The notes below the pieces were generated by a model. That model was not told where the DNA came from. It ran no database searches and saw only the letters and a list, made by a program, of their open reading frames with translations. 64,000 nucleotides of DNA from the human T2T-CHM13v2.0 reference genome, Homo sapiens, in NCBI RefSeq assembly GCF_009914755.1, contig NC_060929.1. One strand, given 5' to 3'. A program made the position numbers and the translations under genes. Positions 34,068 to 64,000 of the stretch are shown here, piece by piece; the stretch's first letter is position 1; every line of letters begins with the position of its first letter.

Positions 34068-34562
34068 GCATGACGTTTGCATAAGAAAAAAAGTTATTGA
34101 AAACTGTAAGGCATCATGCAATCATTGAATAAGCTAATTATTAACTGTACACTTAAGATAGGTGGACATATAATCTAAAATTTAAAAACTAGTTCCAGAA
34201 AAGTACATAAAAAATTTAACATGATGAGCTTTTAAATATGGTTTATAGTTTCATGTTGTTAAAAAGTGCTTCAAATGTACTGCTGGAAAGTTGCTCTTTA
34301 CAAATGGCGCTGGGGTGATGTCAGATTATAAACTGTAAAAACCAAGTACTTTTATGGAATTAGAAAGCTAACATTGTGATACTCAAACTTACTTGAATCA
34401 GTTTTCAATTCTCATTCAAATTAAGTTGATTTAATATTAATAATCTAAAAAACATCTGTTTTATAACCAGCAAAAGTCTATTGAATTCAAGTTATGCATG
34501 TTGAGCAATCAAATCTCTGAGTAAGCCTGAACGTTGAGACCTGGAACCAATGTGAGTTTGTG

Positions 34563-34679
34563 TTAATCAATGTACTGTGCCATCCAGCGGAAGCCTTCTC
34601 CGTAACCTTGTCTTTTGAGCACACTACACATGAAAACTTCTAAGGGTCGGGCATTCAGTTCTTTCAGAGATATACTCCC
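34563..34679 (-). CDS. SAR1B: SAR1B last coding exon [38 protein letters not shown]
   Basis: Acceptor ttctattctAG. 117 nt ending in TAA. The six exons total 597 nt = 198 aa plus stop. Confidence 0.98.
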   Translation of the reverse strand, partial: GSISLKELNARPLEVFMCSVLKRQGYGEGFRWMAQYID

Positions 34680-35102
34680 CTAGAATAGAAGAGAGACATT
34701 TCGTTGGAATTTTATAAAATTAATAAAGCCCCACATCCCAGCAGAATTATAGGTTCTATTTTAGAACAAAGAATGGCTGTGATAAATCCATGACTGTGAT
34801 AAAGTCGTGGCTGCTTGGCATCCAAGCCCCATGAACACACAAGAAGCCTCCTTCTCTCACTCTACCTTAGGGCAGGATGGCCACTCAGTGGGAAAGAGGT
34901 TAGCTTGCAAGATACCCAAGAATAAAAATAATCTGACTTAGAAAAAAATCCAAACTGGCTTCACTAATATTAAAGACAAACATTCCCTGAGAAGGTTTAT
35001 GACCAAACAAAGCATTTCCTAAAATTAATATCAAGCTAATTTATAAAAAAGAAGACAGAAAACAGACCAAAGTCTACTTTGTCTGACTTAAGAGCCTCCT
35101 GC

Positions 35103-35400
<298 letters not shown>

Positions 35401-35984
35401 GAGCCTCCTGCTATATGCTGCAGTATTTCTCCACCCTGAAATAGTATATGTAAACTAAAAAAATTTTGTAAATCTCTGGGGTTCTTCCACTGTTTATCTG
35501 GATTTTTTCAATGCTGATGTTTCCCCCAAAATAAATCCTAGGAAAAGTGAATACCAAAACAATCCGTCTTAAAGCTTATTATAAAGTATATGTTCAGAAA
35601 ACCGTAAAATATTCCAAGTTTATGTCTTATTTATCTCTGGTAAACTCAGGGCCTAAACACACTACTGGTATACTTAAACACTCAAATATATCGTTTGGTG
35701 GCTAATTCTGAAAATGTATGATAAATAACTTTGAAAGCTTTAATTTAGTTTCCTATAAGCACAAGCCTTAGGCATAACTGATCCTTGACATTTTTGTTGT
35801 CACCAAGAAAATGTTTCATTCCATGGTAGAAAGAAATGAGGACATTAAAAAGACCCACAGGTATAAATGACAGTTTTCTTTAAGAAAATGATAATGGGCT
35901 TGTATAGTTGGACAATAGTAATTTAAGAAGACATTTGTACTGTAGAATTAAACACACCCATCATAATTTTTTTTTTTTTTTTAC

Positions 35985-36116
35985 CTTTCCTGTTGTCTGA
36001 CCATATAAACCAAACATCTCTCGCAACCTCTCTTCACTGATGGCTTCAGGTCTGTCGATCTTATTCCCAAGAATCAGTATAGGCACATTAGCAATGGTTT
36101 CATCTGTCATTAGTGA
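35985..36116 (-). CDS. SAR1B: SAR1B coding exon 5 [44 protein letters not shown]
   Basis: ttttcAG acceptor, AAG|gtaaaa donor, 132 nt. Contains the G4 motif NKID. Confidence 0.98.
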
Positions 36117-37183
36117 CTGAAAAAAACAAAACAATACAAAACAAGAGTTGATATGAAACCATCCAAAGAGCTTATTTTGATATGATAAAACAATAAAGGA
36201 CTCATTTTCTACCATATCATGTCATACCAACGTTCTTTGTCAAACTTTCCCCACATTTTAAAGTGACCTCAATGAAACCATAAGCTAAATTCTTCTGTCT
36301 TCCTAAGGCTCTTCCTGTAAATGTTTACTCTGCTCATCCTTTAAAGGAGTGACATAGAACGTATAGAGCCAGCACCTTAGAAGTGAACAGATGTGGTTTC
36401 ACTTCTGGCTCTACTGCTTTTGAGATGTGACTTTGGGCAAGTTAGCCTGACTGAAGCTCTAGAGAGAATTAGGAACAGTAGCATCCACCCTATGAAATTG
36501 AGAATTAAATCAAGTAATACGCACAGTCTCTGGAACAAAGTAGGAACTCAGGCATTCTCTGTCCTTGTTTTGTAACCATAGAACCTACCTGGACTTTTCC
36601 ACACGTACAAGTATTTGTTTGCCTGCTCTGGGCAGAGCCATGGTATGATCAACCTTCAATCAAATCATGGACCTGCTTACTCTGTGGCCCCAGATCTGGT
36701 GCTGACCTTGCCTGCTGCTGTTGGGCCCCTTTACAAAATATCTGACCTGGGATACTGGAGGGGAGGTAGCTACATATGCCTCTGCTCACTCCTGGGAGTA
36801 GTGTCAAAGATGGCATGTCCTATCATTTCCAGGCTGTGGCTTAAGATATAGCATCTTAGCATGACCAGGGACTCAAGATCAACCCACTCCAGGAATATAA
36901 CAGACATGAAATATACTAAAAGGGTACATTCTGTACAGGGTGAGCTTCTTAAGTCTTCATAAAAGATGTCTGTGTTAGTACTTCCTCAATAGCTACAATT
37001 ACTCAGTTACTCCCTCTGCATTCTAAGTAATCACTACTTAAAGCAATCACTGAGCTCAACAAATTGCCAAGAGTTTCATCAGAGACTGCAGAAAAGCTGC
37101 ACTCTGATACCTGTATCTCTGACCTACTTCTGCAGGCTTACCAGAGTGATTTGACTATATTTAGTTTCAGTTATTTAACTTAC

Positions 37184-37287
37184 ATCAAGTTCTTCTTTTG
37201 ACTCTAACAGCCTTTCGTGGTCTGCACAATCCACCAGAAATACAATGCCATTGATAGCAGGAAGGTAGTTTTTCCACACTCTTCGAG
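37184..37287 (-). CDS. SAR1B: SAR1B coding exon 4 [35 protein letters not shown]
   Basis: tttgttAG acceptor, GAT|gtaagt donor, 104 nt. Confidence 0.98.
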
Positions 37288-37718
37288 CTAACAAAAACAA
37301 TCAGGGGTTAGAGTTTACTTGTTGGTCAAACCCAGCAGATGGTTTAAGCAAAGAGTCCAACCAGATATCAAGTGCGGTAATCCCTTAGCTGCTGGTACTT
37401 CACAATATATTCAAGTTAATCTTTTACCCAGTGGTGCCAAATTCTTCTGAGAATAACTAAGAGGGAATTTCAGGCTTTCCTTGACTGTGGGCAAGTCAAA
37501 TACTTTAGTCTCTTCCAATTATCATATGTAAGGAGTAGAATATTTAAAATAAAAATAAAAATAAAAAAAAATACACGTTAAGTTCATTGGAGGACTGCTA
37601 CTAGATCTAAAATATAAGCAGTAAAAAAACTACATATATGTGATTATATATACATAAAATGTGTGTATTTATATTACATATATATGCAGTGTTCATTTTT
37701 TGACATTTCTAGTTATCA

Positions 37719-39615
<1,897 letters not shown>

Positions 39616-40021
39616 AAGATAATTTTTAAAAGCCCAGAAAAGTAAACTGGGACCAGATCATAGAGATCCTGAATGCCAGGTTAATGAGTTTGGCCTTTAT
39701 TTTGTAAGTAATGAGTTAGCCACTGAAGGTTTTTTTGTTTTGTTTTGTTTTGTTTTTGTTTTACAGAGCAGTAACATGTTCAAAACATGATTATGACAGT
39801 GAGAGGTAGATTGAAGTAGAGAGAATGGAAGTTAATTTTACTCATACACTTTACCACCAAAAGCAATTCTCATTTGAATTGGCCAGAAGTATCATGAAAA
39901 TCACCCTTTGCTTTTAAAGTATTTATCGGGGAGTAATAATCCCTAAATTTTAAATCTACTCTGGCCTTGCGTGACTAGAATGAGATTTCATGCACTAGAA
40001 CTAATGGCCACATTTTTGTTA

Positions 40022-40424
<403 letters not shown>

Positions 40425-40442
40425 TTAGAAACCCATTAATCG

Positions 40443-41030
40443 TGTAAAAAGTAAAGTAGAGGTTCCTTTTCAAAGACTTTCCTCCCCATCTAATTAAGAA
40501 TAAATAGTAACTTCTCTTAGAAGCAAAATTGATTCAAAGACCCGTGCTAACATTCTTAAATATCTGCCAGCCGTAATAAAGAAATCAATGTACTTTATGT
40601 TCTTAGCTCCCACAATTTAGCCTAAATATTTGCCCTGGCATACTTACACTGGTCCAAGCAAGCATTAGGTCATAGCCTGTTCCTCTTCCTTATTTGAAGG
40701 TGTTTTTACCTTTCTCAGCATTCCACAAGTTACTTCCTCCTTCCTTTGTTCTCCTCTGCCTTTGCCTCTTTTAAAAAGTTCTAAGTTGCTAGCCAATCAG
40801 GACAAATACAGAATGTGAGGTCCCATTCCAGCCAATGGAAACCGGACACAGCAGTAGGGTGGACGCATCAGATTATAAATGACCCTGTCTCCTTTGTTCG
40901 GTGTACTCTTGTGGCAAAACTGCTGGCAAGTGTACCCTTTCTGCAGAAAGTAAAAATGGCCTTGCTGAGGAAATTAAATTTATGTTCAAGTGCTATCCTT
41001 TACAGCACCAGGGAACAAGCATTTCTAACA
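40443..41030 (+). mobile_element. ERV1 solo LTR, LTR10 family (LTR10C-like)
   Basis: TGTAAAAAGTAAAGTAGAGGTTCC...CATTTCTAACA, 588 bp, near-TSD atcg/atag. CCAAT boxes at 40791 and 40831, TATAAA at 40874, ATTAAA at 40973. Confidence 0.85.
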
Positions 41031-41409
41031 ATAGCTTATATTTACTACTTAATGTTTGATTTACTTTTATTGCAAATAAGGTCAAATCAAACATTTACAA
41101 ACTGGTACAATAATACTTTTTTGTAATTAGATATACACCAATTCATACTGACAATATAACAAATAATTGTAATATTCAGTTCTAGTATTCTACTCACCAC
41201 AAATCCAACATTTATTTTTCCTTCTCTATTCTTCCTGCTGAAAATGTTAATCTCTTCAGACAATTATTTGCTATGAATTCAAATAACTGCTCCAATCTAA
41301 TAATTGTTCATATAATTCATCTTAAATGATACAGGTGAAATAATTTTCTCTTATGGCTGACATAAGACAGTCTTTAATTACAAAAACAATTACCATAAAA
41401 AATTGTGGC

Positions 41410-42620
41410 CATTATTTCCATAACTATCTTTCTTTCTCCTCCCTTCCACTTCTGGGACTTCAGTTGCAGGTTTGTTAGACTGCCTGATGTTGTCTCACCA
41501 GTCATTGAGGCTCTGTTTATTTTGCTTTCAGTCACTTTTCTCTCTGTGCTTCATTCTGGAGTTTCTGTTGCATTGAGTTAAGTTTAGTGGTCTTTCTTTC
41601 TGCAGTACTGGCACTATCTAATTTACTATTAATCCTATCCAGTGAAATTTCCATTTCAGGCTGGGCATGGTAGCTCACACCTGTAAGCCCAGACTTTGGG
41701 AGGCCAAGGTGGGAGAATCACTTGAGCCCAGGAGTTCGAGACCAGCCTGGGCAACCCAGGGAGACCCTGTCTCTATTAAAAAAAAGAAAGAAAGAAAAAA
41801 AAGAAATTTTCATTTCAAATACTGTATTTTTCATTTCTAGAAGTTTCATTTGATTCTGTGTTATATCTTCCATTTCTTTCCTCATGTTTGTGTTTTCCTT
41901 TAAATCCCTGAGCACATTCATAACGATTGTCTTATGTCTTAATCTGCTAATTCCATCATCTTTGTCACACTTGTGTCTGTTTCTACTGACTGAATCACTT
42001 TCCTGTTTCTTTGCATGTCTAGTAATTTCATATTGAGTGCTGGATTTTGTTGTAGTCTTTTGAAGAAGGTTGAATTTTGTTCTGACAGTTCACTTGCTTA
42101 CAGATCAGTTTTTAAGATTTGTTAGAAGGCTAAATGGGATTAAACAACAATTCCTGGCCCCATGAGAGCTCTAGTAATTATTTGGCTAACAGCATTCTTA
42201 CAATTGTTCTTTGACTAGCCTTTTGGAGCTTTACCCATTGCATGCACAGATTGGTATTCAGCTATGTAAATTTCTAGAGTCCTTTCTCTCCAGAGGTCCC
42301 TCCTCTCCGGTACTCCCTCCTCTCTGTCCTAGCAAAAAAATTCTAGTCCTGTTGGCCTTTCCAAATTCTGGTCTACATCTCCTCAACTCAGCAAGACTAT
42401 TGGACTATGTTTGGGTGTCCTCTCTTTGCACCATGGTCTGAAAATTACCTCTTGGCATAAAACCAAAATAGAGTTGTTTCCTTTCTCTCAGGAATCACAG
42501 TCCTGTGGTAGCTGTTGCCCAATGTCTGAAAACAGTTGTAGCATCTTTTTTTGTCCGGTTTTCTAGTTGTGTACAGTGGGAGGGTAATTCCAGAACCAGT
42601 ACTCACTTATGGCCAAAAGC
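41410..42620 (-). mobile_element. Old L1M 5'/ORF1-region fragment with inserted Alu arm (41659-41800)
   Basis: Decayed ORF1 coiled-coil-like peptide MRKEMEDITQNQMKLLEMKNTVFEMKIS. Confidence 0.7.
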
Positions 42621-42699
42621 ACAAGTGCCCCATAATGACAACATAAGTTTTAGTGTAGCTACTTTAGCCCAGAGTTTTTATCTTCTTAAGAAATTCTGG

Positions 42700-48532
<5,833 letters not shown>

Positions 48533-48566
48533 TCAAGTATCACATTGTATGTAGGAATATACTTAC

Positions 48567-48686
48567 TGGGATGTAATGTTGGGACATGTTGTCCAAGTCT
48601 GTCATCTTTTAGCATGTGTAGCAATGTTGTTTTTCCTGCATTATCCAATCCAAGAAATACCAGTTTACCAGTTTTCTTATATAATC
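48567..48686 (-). CDS. SAR1B: SAR1B coding exon 2 [40 protein letters not shown]
   Basis: ctttgcAG acceptor, CCA|gtaagt donor, 120 nt. Contains the P-loop GLDNAGKT. Confidence 0.98.
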
Positions 48687-48821
48687 CTGCAAAGCAAGAG
48701 CTATGATTGGTCAAAGTGATATCTGATACTAATTATCCAAATGAATTTAAATTTGGCCCAATTAAGCTTGAAGTTCTAAACCTATTTTCAGTTTTAAAAA
48801 AGCTATTTTAAATCTATTCAT

Positions 48822-51170
<2,349 letters not shown>

Positions 51171-51589
51171 TCATTTGGCTTATTAAAAACTGCTATTTAT
51201 GGTGTACAAGCTACTTTATGGAACATGCATTTTAATAATAATCCTGTAAGGATTAAATGACATAAAGCATTAAAGCATATAGGTAAACTAGCTAATAAAT
51301 GGTAGATAGTTCTGTTAGTAATATTCCCAACACCTTAAGAGGTAGGAATTATTACTGCCATTTTACAGATAAGAAAACTCAGGCTAAGGTGAAAAAAGTA
51401 ATTTGCCAAAGATTACTTAATTTAAAAGGGATACAATGAGTAATTGAACATCTATGTATGATTTCAAAGCCCATATTCTTAACTATTCTTTACTACTGGC
51501 TTATCTATAAAGAGACTTGACACAGATAAGCACTATTAAATAAATAAGACCAAAGGGGATAACTGTAGAGAACAAAGGACCAACATTAC

Positions 51590-51647
51590 CTAAAAACTGT
51601 AGCACACTGCTGAAACCACTGTAAATCCAATCAAATATGAAGGACAT
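51590..51647 (-). CDS. SAR1B: SAR1B first coding exon MSFIFDWIYSGFSSVLQFL(G); exon spans 51590-51665 with 18 nt of 5' UTR
   Basis: ttttttcAG acceptor (51666-51667), ATG at 51647, TAG|gtaatg donor. Encodes the N-terminal amphipathic helix of SAR1B. Confidence 0.98.
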
Positions 51648-51787
51648 ATCCAAATCTGATAGGGTCTGAAAAAAAAGAGTTTGAATTTAGTAGTCAACAT
51701 TAAACACCAATATACATTAAACTCCAATACTGTTAAACACCAACTCTGAGTAGATAATCCTACAGCAACTTTACTACAAAGAGTTAC

Positions 51788-59871
<8,084 letters not shown>

Positions 59872-60040
59872 TCAACAGTGTATCTTTTTTCCACTTAACT
59901 GGGACTTTGGGCTACGGAAAACGTTAACCAGTACTAGTAAGGAAGCTCAATTTGCCTCTACACTAATTGGGAGCGCTGAAAACACCAGGCCGTGTCACAG
60001 CCTCTTCAGCTGTCAGTGAGACCCGCCACCTTCACCTTAC

Positions 60041-60102
60041 CAGGTAAGGAAACTGAGGCCCAGGGGAAGGAAGGGGCTTGCCTGCAGCCACCTCGTTCTT
60101 TC
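60041..60102 (-). other. SAR1B: Putative alternative non-coding 5' UTR exon of SAR1B
   Basis: cttggtcttttcAG acceptor and CTG|gtaagg donor. 62 nt, no ATG. Confidence 0.4.
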
Positions 60103-60149
60103 CTGAAAAGACCAAGCGTCTGACAGCAGCAGTGTTCTGCCTCGAGGGC

Positions 60150-62432
<2,283 letters not shown>

Positions 62433-62459
62433 TAGTCAGCCTTTTTGTATGTTTGTTTT

Positions 62460-62563
62460 ACTATGGAACAGTTCATGAATTTGCCTATCATCCTTGTGCA
62501 GGGGCCATGCTAATCTTCTCTGTATCATTTCAGTTTTAGTATATGTGCTGCCAAAGAGAGCAC
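62460..62563 (-). pseudogene. U6 snRNA processed pseudogene (full length)
   Basis: Minus strand reads GTGCTCTCTTTGGCAGCACATATACTAAAACTGAAATGATACAGAGAAGATTAGCATGGCCCCTGCACAAGGATGATAGGCAAATTCATGAACTGTTCCATA plus an A-rich tail. Shows CpG-decay substitutions relative to U6. Confidence 0.95.
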
Positions 62564-62900
62564 ACAGGTATTCAGCTTTAAACAAGACTGTTTTGACACC
62601 AATGTTCTTTTCTAATGGATTGGCATTGCCTTCTTTAAATGCATCAAGAGCTGTTTAGGGATTCTCAGCAAAGCCTATCATTGGCTCTGCTGGATCTCCT
62701 CTTTCTGCTCCAGCCTCAGGAAGTGCTTCACTCCATGCGCTCTCCCTTGACACTAGGGTTTCCCTCCGCCAGAAAAGCTTCTACCCACCTCTGCATTTCA
62801 CCCGGCTAACTCCTACACACTTTTCAGGTCTCAACTCTTCAGGTCTTCCTCTCATCAAGGCCTTCCTCCCAGATTTGGTTAAGTCCTCTGTTACAGATTT

Positions 62901-64000
62901 TGAGATGGAGCAGGGACCCCTCTTAGGGGCCTGCCTGACTCTCCCAACCAAGTATGGAAGTAAGGGAAAATCTCGAGTTCCTTTAAGGGAAATTCCCCAC
63001 ACCTAGCTAGCCCTGAGCAACTTGATAAGCAAGAAAGTAATAGTAGCTCAAAACAACAGCCTAAGAAGTTTGAGTCATAAGATGTTTGGTTCTTTATAAA
63101 AACTAAAGATAACATCTTAACATATGTCCCTGAGTTGTTTTTCAGAAACCCAGACCCACATCAAATGGACCCACTGGAGCCGGGTGTGGTGGCTCATGCC
63201 TGTAATCCCAACACTTTGGGAGGCTGAGGCAGGAGGATTGCTTGAGCCCAGGAGTTTAAGACCAGCCTAGGCAATATAGTGAGACCTCATCTCCATAAAA
63301 AATAAAAAAAATTAGCTGGGCATGGTTGTATGCCTGTAGTCCCAGCTACTTGGGAGGCTGAGGTGGCAGGATTGCTTGATTTGAGCCTGGGAGATCCAGG
63401 CTGCAGTGAGCTATGATCCCACCACTGCACTCCAGCCTGAGCAACAGAGTGAGACCTCATCTCCCCCACCAAAAAAAAAAAGATATTCCATCTTTTTAGG
63501 CCAAACCAATGTATAACCTCATTTACTGATATACAATTTTGCCTGTAACTTCTGCTTTTCTGAAATTTACCCCTCCCTTTAAAAACTCTTGCTTAGGCCA
63601 GGCACAGTGGCTCACACCTGTAATCCCAGCACTTTGGGAGGCCGAAGTGGGCGGATCACCTGAGGTCGGGAGTTCAAGACCAGACTGGCCAACATGGTGA
63701 AACCCCATCTCTCTTTAAAATACAAAAATTAGCTGAGTGTGGTGGTGCACGCCTGTAATCCCAGCTACTTGGGAGGCTGAGGCAGAGAATCACTTGAACC
63801 TGGGAGGCGGAGGTTGCAGTGAGCCCAGGTCGCACCATTGCACTCCAGTCAGGGCTAGAGAGTAAGACTGACAAAAAAAAAAAAAAAATTCTGGCTTGTA
63901 AGCCATTGGGGAGGTCAGGTCTTAAGTGTGAGCTGACAGACTCTCCTTGTTTGGTGCCCTGCAAATAAACACCCTCATGTAAAGCCCCCATATAGATGTC
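62901..64000 (+). mobile_element. ERV1 LTR (MER39-like) interrupted by two Alus (63177-63481, 63596-63887); runs off the window
   Basis: tgagatggagcagggacccctcttaggggcctgcc...actaaagataacatcttaacatatgtccctgagttgtttttcagaaacc, with AATAAA near 63964. Confidence 0.7.

Noticed and set aside
41718-41921. Coiled-coil-like 67-aa ORF
   Set aside because: Decayed L1 ORF1 fused to Alu sequence.

Overview
Alu-rich mammalian (primate, almost certainly human) genomic DNA containing two convergent genes. On the + strand is the 3' end of JADE2/PHF15: a 118-nt exon, a 129-nt lysine-rich cassette exon, and the terminal exon with a ~3.9-kb 3' UTR. On the - strand is the complete SAR1B gene: six coding exons that splice to an intact 198-aa COPII GTPase, a CpG-island first exon and a ~5.8-kb 3' UTR. 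The rest is dozens of Alus, three ERV LTRs, L1 and DNA-transposon relics, and a U6 retrocopy. I see no new gene family or prokaryote-style system, and most ORF-track entries are Alu artefacts. The most striking unexplained structure is three independently duplicated splice sites. (1) An Alu landed on the donor of the SAR1B switch-II exon; its target-site duplication copied the donor and created a stop-free, in-frame 186-nt candidate exon. (2) A ~210-bp duplication copies the donor of the first SAR1B coding exon. (3) A 36-bp duplication copies the branch point and pyrimidine tract of the JADE2 terminal exon, next to a strong CTCF motif. Gene and repeat names come from recognition, not a database search. 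Repeat boundaries are approximate. All functional interpretations are untested.
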